A stretch of 64,000 bases of DNA from an uncultured Oscillospiraceae bacterium (GCA_964640955.1 CAZXJI010000005.1:65768-129767); one strand, 5' to 3'. Shown: positions 10,114-19,492, counted from the first letter of the stretch. Program-made: numbers and translations. The notes: a model not told the origin generated them from the letters alone.

Positions 10114-11139
10114 TCAGGAGAAGGATTCAAAGCGTTCGCGGCGCAGGTCGAAGGTGACGGCCGTGCCCTCGCCCGGGTGAGAGGCGATGGAGACGCGGTG
10201 CCCCAGCTTTTCGCAGGCTTCGCGGCACAGGTACAGGCCGATGCCGGTGCTCTTTTCCCCGTCGCGTTCCGCGCGGCCAAGCCGGCCGGTGAAGCCGCGG
10301 TCGAACACCCGGGGCAGGTCCTCCGCGGGGATGCCCGCGCCCGTGTCCCGGATGGTCAGCCTCAGAGGCCCGTCCGTCGTCACGGTCACGGTGCCGCCCG
10401 GCGGCGTGTACTTGAGCGCGTTGGTCATCACCTGGGTGACCGCCATGCCCAGCCACTTCGCGTCGGAGAGCGCCTCGCCATCGAAGGGCTCCATGCGCAG
10501 CGAAATCTTCCGGTACAAAAAGAGCGGGCGCAGCTGTTTGACCACGGAACAGCACAGCGGATAGAGCGGTACGGCGGTCAGCACCAGGTCGCCCGTCAGG
10601 CTTTGCAGGCGCTGGTAGCTCAGCGCCGCGTCCGCGTACTGGCCGATCTGGAACACCTCCTGGCGCAGAAGCGCGCGGTCGACGGGATCATCGCTCTGGG
10701 CCATCAGGTCCAGCGCGGCGATCGGCGTTTTGATTTGGTGCACCCAGAGGGTAAAGTAGTCCAGCCGTTCCCGTTCGGCGGCGGAGGCCGCGGCGGCGTC
10801 CCCGTTGCGGGCCTCGCGGTAGGCGTTGGCGAGCGCCCGGAAGCCCTCCTCCGTGTCGTTTCGGGCCTGCGGCAGCGCGGAGGCGTCCTGCGGCAGGTTG
10901 GCGAGCACCTTGTCAAGCGCCCGCCGCCGCCCGGCGTAACGATACAGCGACACGGCCGCCGCGACGGCGAGGCCCGCGCCGGTAAGCGTAAGCGTGTAAC
11001 CCAGTTCCATTACCGTGCCCCGCCCCAGCGCGTTCATGCCGACGAACGCCGCCGGGATCAGCACCGCGCACAGCGCCGCGCCCCGCACGGTGGAAAGCCA
11101 GGCGGCGAGAAAGCGCAGAGTTCTGCGCGCGGCCTTCAT
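10114..11139 (-). CDS. BceS-like intramembrane-sensing histidine kinase
   Basis: Start at the internal ATG giving an ATGA overlap with the regulator stop. Two N-terminal TM segments with a short loop. H-box WVHQIKTPI and HATPase region DTGAGI...GIGLYL. Confidence 0.85.
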   Translation of the reverse strand: MKAARRTLRFLAAWLSTVRGAALCAVLIPAAFVGMNALGRGTVMELGYTLTLTGAGLAVAAAVSLYRYAGRRRALDKVLANLPQDASALPQARNDTEEGFRALANAYREARNGDAAAASAAERERLDYFTLWVHQIKTPIAALDLMAQSDDPVDRALLRQEVFQIGQYADAALSYQRLQSLTGDLVLTAVPLYPLCCSVVKQLRPLFLYRKISLRMEPFDGEALSDAKWLGMAVTQVMTNALKYTPPGGTVTVTTDGPLRLTIRDTGAGIPAEDLPRVFDRGFTGRLGRAERDGEKSTGIGLYLCREACEKLGHRVSIASHPGEGTAVTFDLRRERFESFS

Positions 11140-11813
11140 GTTTCCTCCACCAGGTAGCCCAACCCCTTGCGCGTGACGATGAAACCGGTCAGGCCGATTT
11201 CGTCCAGCTTTTTGCGCAGGCGGGCGACGTTGACGGTCAGGGTGTTGTCGTCGATGAAGCAATCGCTGTCCCACAGCCGCTGCATGAGCGTGTCGCGGCC
11301 GACCGCCGCGCCCCGGTGCTCCATCAGCGTAAGCAGTATCCGGCACTCGTTTTTGGTCAGTTCCAGCTTTTTGCCTTCATACAACAGCACGCTCTGCCCC
11401 GCGTCCAGCGTCGCCCCGCGGTGCGTAAGCGCGTTCGCGGCGCCCGGGAAGGCGTACGTGCGGCGCAGGAGCGCGCCGATTTTGGCGATCACCACGTCCA
11501 TGTCGAAGGGCTTTGCGATGTAGTCGTCCCCGCCCATGGACATGGCCATGACCATGTCCATGCTGGCCGTATGGGAGGAGATGAACACGATGGGTGCGGT
11601 GGAAAAGCGGCGGATGCGCTCGCACCAGTAGTAGCCGCTGTAACGGGGCAGGGAGACGTCCATCAGTGTAAGCTGCGGCGATGTGCGGCGAAACACGCCC
11701 TCCACGTCGCCGATATCGTCGCAGACGAAGGCGTTGTACCCCCACTTCGTAAGCCCGGCGGTCAGCAGGCGGGCGATGGTCGGATCGTCCTCCACGATCA
11801 TGACGGTGAACAT
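11136..11813 (-). CDS. OmpR-family response regulator (BceR-like)
   Basis: Internal ATG (MFTVMIVEDDPTIARLL...). Receiver Asp region LTLMDVSLP. C-terminal winged-helix region LTVNVARLRKKL...RKGLGY. Confidence 0.9.
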   Translation of the reverse strand: MFTVMIVEDDPTIARLLTAGLTKWGYNAFVCDDIGDVEGVFRRTSPQLTLMDVSLPRYSGYYWCERIRRFSTAPIVFISSHTASMDMVMAMSMGGDDYIAKPFDMDVVIAKIGALLRRTYAFPGAANALTHRGATLDAGQSVLLYEGKKLELTKNECRILLTLMEHRGAAVGRDTLMQRLWDSDCFIDDNTLTVNVARLRKKLDEIGLTGFIVTRKGLGYLVEET

Positions 11814-11887
11814 GCGTTTACCCCCGTTAATGTTAATACAAGATTCTTTTTCATTATAGCCGCGGATGAATTTTTGCGCAACACGAC

Positions 11888-11916
11888 TTGCATGAGGGCG
11901 GTTTTTCGGGTACAAT
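11888..11916 (+). promoter_or_regulatory. SigA-type promoter upstream of mscL
   Basis: TTGCAT-17 nt-TACAAT, the same hexamers as the rpsT promoter. Confidence 0.55.
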
Positions 11917-11953
11917 AAAAAAACCGTAAAAGATGCATAAAGGAATGATACGG

Positions 11954-12406
11954 ATGAAAAAGTTCTTCCAGGATTTCAAGACGTTCGTCATGCGCGGCAG
12001 CATACTCGATCTCGCCGTCGGCGTGATGATCGGCGGCGCTTTCGGCAGCATCGTAAGCTCGCTGGTCAACGATATCTTCATGCCGGTGATCGGGCTGATT
12101 ACGGGCGGTTTCAACGTTTCCGGCGCGTTCCTGGCGCTGGACGGAAACACCTACGCTTCCCAGGAGGCGGCGGCCGCGGCGGGCGTGGGAACGCTCAACT
12201 ACGGCATGTTCATCCAAAAGGTGATCGATTTTCTGCTGATGGCGGTGTGCGTGTTCCTCGTGGTGCGTTTCATGGCCAAGCTGATGCCCAAAAAACCGGC
12301 CCCGCCGACGCGCAAGTGCCCCTTCTGCCTGCAGCCCGTCGAGGAAAAGGCGACCCGCTGCCCGCATTGCACCAGCGAACTGCCCGAGGCGGCGAAAGCC
12401 GACTGA
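11954..12406 (+). CDS. mscL: large-conductance mechanosensitive channel MscL with C-terminal CxxC-x10-CxxC tail
   Basis: MKKFFQDFKTFVMRGSILDLAVGVMIGGAFGSIVSSLVNDIFMPVIG is a canonical MscL TM1. In-frame ATGs also occur at 11933 and 11945, so the start is uncertain by up to 21 nt. Confidence 0.9.
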   Translation: MKKFFQDFKTFVMRGSILDLAVGVMIGGAFGSIVSSLVNDIFMPVIGLITGGFNVSGAFLALDGNTYASQEAAAAAGVGTLNYGMFIQKVIDFLLMAVCVFLVVRFMAKLMPKKPAPPTRKCPFCLQPVEEKATRCPHCTSELPEAAKAD

Positions 12407-12427
12407 CGCGGCGACAACCGATAACCG

Positions 12428-12460
12428 CGCGCCCCGGCGGCCGAATGCCGCCGGGGCGCG
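12428..12460 (+). terminator. GC-rich hairpin after mscL
   Basis: CGCGCCCCGGCGGC-CGAAT-GCCGCCGGGGCGCG, a 14-bp stem with no clear U-tract. Confidence 0.45.
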
Positions 12461-12624
12461 CGGCGCTGGATGGGACCGGTGCCCTCCCCGGGGAAACATC
12501 GCGCCGCTTTCCATTTGGCATCGCCGGGCGGCCGGCCCAAAACCGGCGCATTTCCTCCGCCCGGAAGGCGCGCCGGGCCGGAAACGCGAGCCGGTGCGCG
12601 GGTCTGAGGCTGCCGGCGGCGGAA

Positions 12625-12653
12625 TTGACATTTATCCGGCCCGCGGCTATAAT
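12625..12653 (+). promoter_or_regulatory. consensus SigA-type promoter of the opp operon
   Basis: TTGACA (12625-12630), 17 nt, TATAAT (12648-12653), about 45 nt upstream of the oppB ATG. Confidence 0.7.
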
Positions 12654-12700
12654 GAAATGTATTATCTTTACGGATTCCAATTGTTTCCACTGGGAGGATT

Positions 12701-13630
12701 ATGATGAACTCGAAGCTGCTTGTGTACATGTTCAAACGTTTGGGCATGGCGCTACTGACGATTCTTTTAGTGATTTCGATCACTTTTCTCGTTATGCACG
12801 CCATACCCGCCAGCCCTTTCAGCAGTGAAAAGGCGAAGAGCGACGCGGTGATCAAGGCGTTGGAAATAAAGTACGGTTTCGACAAACCGCTGGGCATACA
12901 ATTTGTGAATTATTTGTGGGGAGTCATTCATTTTGATTTCGGTCTGTCTACCGCGTGGGTCGGTTTCACCGTCAGCGAACTGATCGTGAACGCGTTTTCC
13001 TATTCGGCGCTCATCGGTTTCTCGGCGGCGCTCATCGCCATTTTCCTGGGTGTGATTTTCGGCTGCCTTGCCGCGCTGAACCGTGGCAAATGGATGGACA
13101 AGATCATACAGATCGTTACGACGGCATTGGTGTCGATGCCGTCCTTCGTTGTGGCGACGCTTTTGCTGTTGCTGTTTTCCTACCGGCTGGGATGGCTGCC
13201 GTCGCTGGGCAACCAGCCGGGGGGCATGGTGCTGCCCATCGTGTCCCTGAGCCTTTACCCCATGGCCTACATCACGCGCCTGCAGCGTTCCAGCATGCTG
13301 GACGTGCTCGGCGCGGATTACATCCGCACGGCGCGCGCCAAGGGCGTCAAATCCAACAAGGTCATCTACAAACACGCGCTGAAAAACGCGCTTTCCCCCG
13401 TCATCACCTACGCCGGACCGATGATGGCCTATATTCTCACAGGCAGTATGGTGGTGGAAAACATCTTTTCCGTTCCGGGGCTGGGGCGCCTGTTCACCAA
13501 CAGCATGCTTCGCACCGATTATATGATGATCATGGGCGTGACGATTTTTCTGGCGACGATGATCATCCTGATGAACTTTTTGAGCGACATGCTATACAAG
13601 GTCATGGATCCCCGCATCGATCTGGCCTGA
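12701..13630 (+). CDS. oppB: oligopeptide/dipeptide ABC transporter permease (OppB/DppB type)
   Basis: 309 aa. N-terminal MLKRLG-like segment, 6 TM segments, EAA-loop region YIRTARAKGV. GGGAGG RBS. Confidence 0.88.
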   Translation: MMNSKLLVYMFKRLGMALLTILLVISITFLVMHAIPASPFSSEKAKSDAVIKALEIKYGFDKPLGIQFVNYLWGVIHFDFGLSTAWVGFTVSELIVNAFSYSALIGFSAALIAIFLGVIFGCLAALNRGKWMDKIIQIVTTALVSMPSFVVATLLLLLFSYRLGWLPSLGNQPGGMVLPIVSLSLYPMAYITRLQRSSMLDVLGADYIRTARAKGVKSNKVIYKHALKNALSPVITYAGPMMAYILTGSMVVENIFSVPGLGRLFTNSMLRTDYMMIMGVTIFLATMIILMNFLSDMLYKVMDPRIDLA

Positions 13631-13647
13631 CGGAGGAGAGAAAGTAA

Positions 13648-14694
13648 ATGTCCGAAACGAAGACCACGTTTAAAAACCCTTTTAGCCTCCAGATCGATCC
13701 GGAGCTGTTCAAACCCGCCACCGAGGAGGAAAAGGCGCAGCAGGTTCGCACCCGCGAGTCCGTCTCCTTCATGAAGGACGCGCTGCGCCGGCTGGGCCAC
13801 AACCGTATGGCGATGGCCTGCCTGGCCATCATCGTTTTAGTCGCGATGATCGCCTTCCTCGTGCCCCAGATTTACCCCTACACTTACACCAAGCAGGACG
13901 TAGCCGCCAAATACCTGCATCCGTTCGAATACTCCGCCAAGGAACAGGCCAAGATCGACAAGGGCGAGACGGTGTTCCCGCATATCATGGGCACCGACGC
14001 GCTGGGCCGCGACTACGCGATCCGCGTCATCTACGGCACGCGCATTTCGCTGCTGGTCGGCATTTTCAGCGCGCTGATCGTGGTGGTGGTGGGCATCATA
14101 TACGGTTCCATCTCCGGCTACTTCGGAGGCAGGATCGACAACATCATGATGCGCATCGTCGATATTATCTACGCCCTGCCGGACGTGCTGATCGTGATCC
14201 TTCTGTCCGTCGCCATCAAAGACATGGTAAGCGATTCCCGAAGTGTGCTCATCACGAAGCTGGGAGCCGGGATGGTGAGCATTTTCATCGTGTTCGGGCT
14301 TTTATACTGGGTGAGCATGGCGCGCCAGGTGCGCGGCCAGATTCTTTCCATTAAAGAGCAGGAATACGTGCTCGCGTCCCGCTCCATCGGCGCTTCCCCG
14401 GCGCGCATCATCCGCAAGCACATGATTCCCAACTGCGTTTCCGTGATCATCATCGTCGCCGCCATGCAGATTCCCAGCGCCATCTTTACGGAAAGCTTCC
14501 TTTCCTTCCTGGGGCTGGGCGTGTCCATACCGATGCCTTCGCTGGGCTCGCTGGCGTCCGACGCCCGTGCGGGCCTCAACAGCTATCCTTTCCTGCTCAT
14601 TTTCCCGGCGATGTCCATTTTCCTGATCGTGCTGTCGTTTAACCTCCTGGGCAACGGTTTGCGCGACGCTTTCGACCCCAAGCTTCGCTCTTAA
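13648..14694 (+). CDS. oppC: oligopeptide/dipeptide ABC transporter permease (OppC/DppC type)
   Basis: 348 aa with an OppC-type N-terminal extension. EAA-loop region YVLASRSIGASPARII. Confidence 0.88.
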   Translation: MSETKTTFKNPFSLQIDPELFKPATEEEKAQQVRTRESVSFMKDALRRLGHNRMAMACLAIIVLVAMIAFLVPQIYPYTYTKQDVAAKYLHPFEYSAKEQAKIDKGETVFPHIMGTDALGRDYAIRVIYGTRISLLVGIFSALIVVVVGIIYGSISGYFGGRIDNIMMRIVDIIYALPDVLIVILLSVAIKDMVSDSRSVLITKLGAGMVSIFIVFGLLYWVSMARQVRGQILSIKEQEYVLASRSIGASPARIIRKHMIPNCVSVIIIVAAMQIPSAIFTESFLSFLGLGVSIPMPSLGSLASDARAGLNSYPFLLIFPAMSIFLIVLSFNLLGNGLRDAFDPKLRS

Positions 14695-14706
14695 GGAGGC
14701 CCCGAT

Positions 14707-15759
14707 ATGCAGCATATGCTTGAAGTGAAAGACCTTCGAACGTCCTTTTTCACCCCCAACGGGGAGGTGAAGGCGGTCGGAGGCGTCAGCTTTAACCTCG
14801 ACAAGGGCAAGGTGCTCGGCATCGTGGGTGAGAGCGGAAGCGGTAAAAGCGTTACCGCCTACTCCATTTTGCAGATTCTGACCCATCCGGGCCGCATCGT
14901 GGGCGGCAGCGTGAAGTTCCGCGGCCGGGAGCTGATCGGCCTTTCCGAGGATGAAATGCGCAAGGTGCGCGGCAACAAGATCAGCATGATCTTTCAGGAC
15001 CCCATGACGAGCCTGAACCCGGTGTTCACCATCGGCAACCAGTTGATGGAGGCCATTCTGCTGCACACCAGCCGCAACCGGGAGGAGGCCAGGAGCCGCG
15101 CCGTGGAGATGCTCCAGCTGGTGGGCATCAGCGAGCCGGAAAAGCGCATCCATCAGTACGCCTACGAGCTCAGCGGCGGCATGCGCCAGCGCGCGATGAT
15201 CGCCATGGCGCTGGCCTGCGAGCCGGATATACTGATCGCGGACGAGCCCACCACGGCGCTGGACGTGACCATTCAGGCGCAGATTCTGGAACTGATGATG
15301 GACCTGCAGAAGAACATGGGCATGGCCATCATCATGATTACGCACGACCTGGGCGTGATCGCCAACATGTGCGACGAGGTGATCGTCATGTACGCGGGCC
15401 GCGTGTGCGAACGCGGCACCGCGCCGGAGATTTTCTACAACCCGCGCCACGAGTACACCCGCGGGCTGCTGCGCTCCATTCCCAGCATCGACAACGACGA
15501 CAAGAGCCGCCTGATCCCGATTGCCGGGACGCCGGTCGACCTGCTGAACCTCCCCGAAGGCTGCCCTTTCGCGCCCCGCTGCGAGCGCGCGATGAAGGTG
15601 TGCCTGCGCGATTTTCCCTCCGAATACTGGGTCGCCAAGGATCACATTTCCAGCTGCTGGGTCAACGCGCTGGAAAACGTGGGCGTGCCGCTGGCCGACA
15701 TCGGCGGGCAGGACGCGGCGCAGGGCCTGGCAACCGGGGAAGAGGAGGCGGCGAAATGA
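14707..15759 (+). CDS. oppD: oligopeptide ABC transporter ATP-binding protein (OppD type)
   Basis: Walker [10 protein letters not shown], signature LSGGMRQR, Walker [13 protein letters not shown]. Oligopeptide-type C-terminal Cys motif CPFAPRC. Confidence 0.9.
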   Translation: MQHMLEVKDLRTSFFTPNGEVKAVGGVSFNLDKGKVLGIVGESGSGKSVTAYSILQILTHPGRIVGGSVKFRGRELIGLSEDEMRKVRGNKISMIFQDPMTSLNPVFTIGNQLMEAILLHTSRNREEARSRAVEMLQLVGISEPEKRIHQYAYELSGGMRQRAMIAMALACEPDILIADEPTTALDVTIQAQILELMMDLQKNMGMAIIMITHDLGVIANMCDEVIVMYAGRVCERGTAPEIFYNPRHEYTRGLLRSIPSIDNDDKSRLIPIAGTPVDLLNLPEGCPFAPRCERAMKVCLRDFPSEYWVAKDHISSCWVNALENVGVPLADIGGQDAAQGLATGEEEAAK

Positions 15760-16745
15760 GCGAACAGAAGGTTTTCCAGCCCGACCCGCAGTACCTGGTG
15801 CAGGTGCGGGGGCTGAAGGAGTATTTTCCCATTTCCACCGGCTTTGCGCAGGTCACCATGCTCAAGGCGGTGGACGACGTAAGCTTCGACATCAAAAAAG
15901 GCGAGACGCTGGGCCTGGTGGGCGAAAGCGGGTGCGGCAAGACCACGGTCGGGCGCACGATGCTGCACCTGTACAAGCCGACGGCCGGCGAGATCTGGTT
16001 TGGCGGCAAGAAGGTGGAAAAGGGCCCCGTTATGACGGAATTCCGCAAAAAGGCGCAGCTTGTGTTTCAGGATCCCTACTCGTCGCTGAACCCCCGCATG
16101 ACGGTGGGCGACATCGTGGCCGAGCCCATCGACGTGCACCATCTGTGCGCCAACAAAAAGGAGCGCAGCGAGCGCATCCAGTCCCTGCTTTCCATGGTGG
16201 GCCTTTCCAGCGAGCAGGCCACCCGTTACGCGCACGAGTTTTCCGGCGGGCAGCGCCAGCGCATCGGCATCGCGCGGGCCCTGGCCAGCAACCCGGAGTT
16301 TATCGTCTGCGACGAGCCCGTGTCCGCGCTGGACGTAAGCATCCAGGCGCAGGTGCTGAACATGATGGAGGACCTGCAAAGCCAGCTGGGGCTTACATAC
16401 CTGTTCATCGCGCACGACCTGAGCGTGGTTAAGCATATTTCCGACCGCATCGCGGTCATGTACCTGGGCCGCATGGTGGAACTGGCTTCCTCCACCGAGC
16501 TGCACCACAACCCCCTGCATCCCTATACCATTTCGCTGCTCAGCGCCGTGCCCGCGCCGGACCCCGACAAGGCCAAAAAGCAGAAGCGCATCGTGCTCAA
16601 GGGCGATATCCCCAGCCCCCTGCACGCGCCCAGCGGCTGCTCCTTCCATACCCGGTGCGACCGGTGCACCGAAATCTGCACGCGCGTGACCCCCGAGTTC
16701 AAGGAGGTGGCACCCCACCATTTCGCGGCCTGCCACCACATATAA
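15756..16745 (+). CDS. oppF: oligopeptide ABC transporter ATP-binding protein (OppF type)
   Basis: ATGA overlap with the oppD stop. Walker [10 protein letters not shown], signature FSGGQRQR, Walker [21 protein letters not shown] tail. Confidence 0.9.
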   Translation: MSEQKVFQPDPQYLVQVRGLKEYFPISTGFAQVTMLKAVDDVSFDIKKGETLGLVGESGCGKTTVGRTMLHLYKPTAGEIWFGGKKVEKGPVMTEFRKKAQLVFQDPYSSLNPRMTVGDIVAEPIDVHHLCANKKERSERIQSLLSMVGLSSEQATRYAHEFSGGQRQRIGIARALASNPEFIVCDEPVSALDVSIQAQVLNMMEDLQSQLGLTYLFIAHDLSVVKHISDRIAVMYLGRMVELASSTELHHNPLHPYTISLLSAVPAPDPDKAKKQKRIVLKGDIPSPLHAPSGCSFHTRCDRCTEICTRVTPEFKEVAPHHFAACHHI

Positions 16746-16841
16746 ACGCCGAAAGAACAGGTTATGTTATTGACGTTCACAAATTCCCGTGTTACGATAG
16801 CGCTACACGAGGAGTGTAATAAAAACATGAGGAGGAAAACC

Positions 16842-18611
16842 ATGAAAAAGATCGTCGCTATGATGCTGGCGCTGATGTTGGTGCTCGGCATGGCGTCTTT
16901 CGCGAGCGCGGAAGGCGGCCAGGTGGCAAGCACCATGTTCGGTGGCGGCACGCCCCTGACCATGGACCCGGCGCTCAACAGCGCGTCCGTGAGCGGTAAC
17001 TACATCCGTAATGCCTTCGTAGGCCTGATGGGCCATTCCTACGACGCCGACGGCAACGTCGTTCTTTCTCCCGAACTGGCGGAGAAGGTAGACATGTCCG
17101 ACGACGGCCTGACCTACACCTTCACCCTTCGCCAGGGCCTGAAGTGGAGCGACGGCAGCGATTTCAAAGCCAGCGAAGTGGCCAGCAGCTGGAACCGCGC
17201 CGCCAGCCCTGATCTGGGCGCCGACTACGGTTTCCTGTTCGATTACATTGCCAAGAACGACGACGGCACGCTCAACGTTGTGACGGACGACGAGGCCGGC
17301 ACCGTGGTGGTTACGCTTGCGAACCCCTGCGCGTACTTCCTCGACCTGTGCGCTTTCACCACCTTCTATCCCGTCAAGGTGGAACTGGCGGATTCGCAGG
17401 GCGTGTGGGCGACCGATCCCGCCACCTACATCGGCACCGGTCCCTTCGTGATGACGAAGTATGCCGTGGACGACGTGATTACCTTTGCGAAGAACCCCTA
17501 CTACTGGGATGCCGACAGTGTGAAGCTCGACGGCCTGAACTGCTACCTGTCCGAGGACAACGTGGCCATTCTGACCGCGTATGAGAACGACACCGTGCAG
17601 TATATCCAGTCCATCGATCCGACCGAATACGCGCGCCTGCAGTCCACCTATCCGGGCGAGTTGGTTTTTGCCGACAACCTGGGCACCTGGTACCTGCTGT
17701 TCAACGTCCATAAGGACGTTTCCCCGACCGGCAAGCAGCTGACCGAGCAGGAGCAGAGCAAAGCCCGCTTCGCGCTGGGCCAGATGGTCAACCGTTATGA
17801 CCTCGTCACCTACGTGACCCAGGGCGGTCAGATCCCCGCGACCGGCTTCTATCCGCAGGGCCTGTCCGATGCGCTCAACGCCAACGTCCGCGCTTCCGAC
17901 ACCTACGGCGCCTGGTACACGGAGACCGCCGAAGTGTCCGACGTGAACGAGAACTACACCAAGGACCAGGTGACCGCCGCGCAGACCCTGATCGATCTGG
18001 GCTACGCCTACACCGGCTCTCTTGAGGGCGGCGACCTGACCTTCACCGACTTCCCGGGCATCGACTTCGCCTTCAACAACGCCGGCTCCAACGCGCTGGT
18101 GATCCAGTACGTGCAGGAGACCTGGAACAAGTTCGGCATCTCCAGCACCATCAACACCGAAGCGTGGGCGACCCTGCAGCAGAAGCTGAAGGCCGGTGAC
18201 GCCGAGTCCGCTCGTATGGGCTGGATCGCCGACTTCAACGACGTGGTGAACTTCCTTGAGATCTTCATCAGCGCCAGCGGCAACAACTACCCGCGTCTGG
18301 GCCGCGACCTGGGCGACTACACCAAGGCTACCGACGTGACCAAGGATGCCGGCATGGGCGCCTACTGGGGCCTCGACGGCAACCAGACCTGGGCGGACGC
18401 CTTTGATTCCGTGGTAACCGAGATCAAGGCCGAGACCGACCTGACCAAGCGCGCCGAGCTCGCCGCACAGGCCGAGCAGGTGCTGATGGCGACCGGTGCC
18501 GTGGCGCCGATGTACTACTACACGCAGCCGCAGATGACCAAGCCGAATGTGAAGAACCTCATCTGCCTGGATACCGGCGACGTGATCTGGACCTACGCTT
18601 ACTTCGAGTAA
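16842..18611 (+). CDS. oppA: family-5 extracellular peptide-binding protein (OppA type)
   Basis: ATG preceded by AGGAGG. Signal peptide MKKIVAMMLALMLVLGMASFASA|EGG contains no Cys. About 590 aa, typical of a family-5 SBP. Confidence 0.85.
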   Translation: MKKIVAMMLALMLVLGMASFASAEGGQVASTMFGGGTPLTMDPALNSASVSGNYIRNAFVGLMGHSYDADGNVVLSPELAEKVDMSDDGLTYTFTLRQGLKWSDGSDFKASEVASSWNRAASPDLGADYGFLFDYIAKNDDGTLNVVTDDEAGTVVVTLANPCAYFLDLCAFTTFYPVKVELADSQGVWATDPATYIGTGPFVMTKYAVDDVITFAKNPYYWDADSVKLDGLNCYLSEDNVAILTAYENDTVQYIQSIDPTEYARLQSTYPGELVFADNLGTWYLLFNVHKDVSPTGKQLTEQEQSKARFALGQMVNRYDLVTYVTQGGQIPATGFYPQGLSDALNANVRASDTYGAWYTETAEVSDVNENYTKDQVTAAQTLIDLGYAYTGSLEGGDLTFTDFPGIDFAFNNAGSNALVIQYVQETWNKFGISSTINTEAWATLQQKLKAGDAESARMGWIADFNDVVNFLEIFISASGNNYPRLGRDLGDYTKATDVTKDAGMGAYWGLDGNQTWADAFDSVVTEIKAETDLTKRAELAAQAEQVLMATGAVAPMYYYTQPQMTKPNVKNLICLDTGDVIWTYAYFE

Positions 18612-18631
18612 GAAAACGAATCACAAGTGAA

Positions 18632-18657
18632 GAGGCCGGCCCTTCGGGGCCGGCCTC
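18632..18657 (+). terminator. hairpin after oppA (copy 1 of a repeated hairpin)
   Basis: GAGGCCGGCCC-TTCG-GGGCCGGCCTC, an 11-bp perfect stem with a UUCG loop and no U-tract. Confidence 0.5.
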
Positions 18658-18659
18658 AA

Positions 18660-18779
18660 CTTGCTGAAAAAGGCCCATCTGCTTTGTCGTCGGCGCCGCA
18701 TACGGGCGGGAGCGTACACGGACGTACGTGACCGCCCGTATGCGGCTTGGCTTCGCGCATCCGGACCTTTTTGAGCAAG
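18660..18779. repeat. long imperfect palindrome / structured intergenic element
   Basis: CTTGCTGAAAAAGGCC (18660-18675) pairs with GGACCTTTTTGAGCAAG (18763-18779). GCCGCATACGGGCGG (18695-18709) pairs perfectly with CCGCCCGTATGCGGC (18732-18746). Confidence 0.5.
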
Positions 18780-18819
18780 CTGCGCTTGGGTGCTTGCGGG
18801 AGGTTTGTCAACGGACTAA

Positions 18820-18840
18820 GGCCGGCCCTTCGGGGCCGGC
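18820..18840 (-). terminator. hairpin abutting the stop of the flavin-reductase-like gene (copy 2)
   Basis: GGCCGGCCCTTCGGGGCCGGC, the same 21-nt core as in 18634-18654, immediately next to the TAA at 18842-18844. Confidence 0.5.
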
Positions 18841-18841
18841 T

Positions 18842-19492
18842 TTAGTACTCGTCCCCGTCGCGGAGCTTGCGCAGGACGGCGATGGAATCAAGTGATTTTC
18901 CGTTAAACGTCTCGGGATCGACGGGATAATGCACGTTGTACAGGTATCCGCTCTCGCCGTAGCGGCCCTGCGCCGCTTCGTCCAGATGGGCCTCGTCCAT
19001 GCCGACGTGGACGACCTCCAGGCACATCAACGCGTGGCCGCTGCCCTCGGCGATCTCGCGATCCCACGCGTAGCGGCATTCCAGCGCGAGAAAGCACTCC
19101 CGTATGCGGGGCGCGTTCACCCGGACGGCCGCCTCCACCGTCAGGCCGGAGGCGGTGATTTCGTCCGTCTCCCACTGGTTGTTGGCAATGGTGCGCAGGC
19201 AGCGCTCGTAGACGTCGGCCGACGGGAAGTTGAGCACGCATTCGCCCGTTTCGCGGACGCTTGCGTACAGGTGCCCCGACAGGCTCACGCTGGAGAGAAA
19301 CGCGTACAGGCACCGATCCGTTCCGCTGAAGCACGCCCAGGATTGCAGGCAGGCGTTGGGTTTGCCGTTGGATTTGAAGGAGGTAGCCACGAACAGCGGC
19401 GACGGTATCGCCGTAACGAAGTCCATCCACGAAAAGCCGTAGGTCTCCATGCCCGCCATGGACGGCGGCACGGCGGAGTATTCCTTTTTCAC
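18842..19492 (-). CDS. flavin reductase-like (FMN-binding split-barrel) domain protein
   Basis: Core ...FVTAIPSPLFVATSFKSNGKPNACLQSWACFSG... resembles the flavin reductase-like domain. Start proposed at the GTG (VKKEYS) 6 nt after AGAAGGG. It could instead be the downstream ATG MAGMETYG. Confidence 0.6.
   Translation of the reverse strand: MKKEYSAVPPSMAGMETYGFSWMDFVTAIPSPLFVATSFKSNGKPNACLQSWACFSGTDRCLYAFLSSVSLSGHLYASVRETGECVLNFPSADVYERCLRTIANNQWETDEITASGLTVEAAVRVNAPRIRECFLALECRYAWDREIAEGSGHALMCLEVVHVGMDEAHLDEAAQGRYGESGYLYNVHYPVDPETFNGKSLDSIAVLRKLRDGDEY

Noticed and set aside
12461-12624. Several overlapping ORFs (for example 12247..12828 and 12199..12897) in the mscL-oppB intergenic region.
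   Set aside because: They run across the mscL terminator hairpin and the consensus opp promoter. They have Arg/Pro/Gly-rich products and no RBS.
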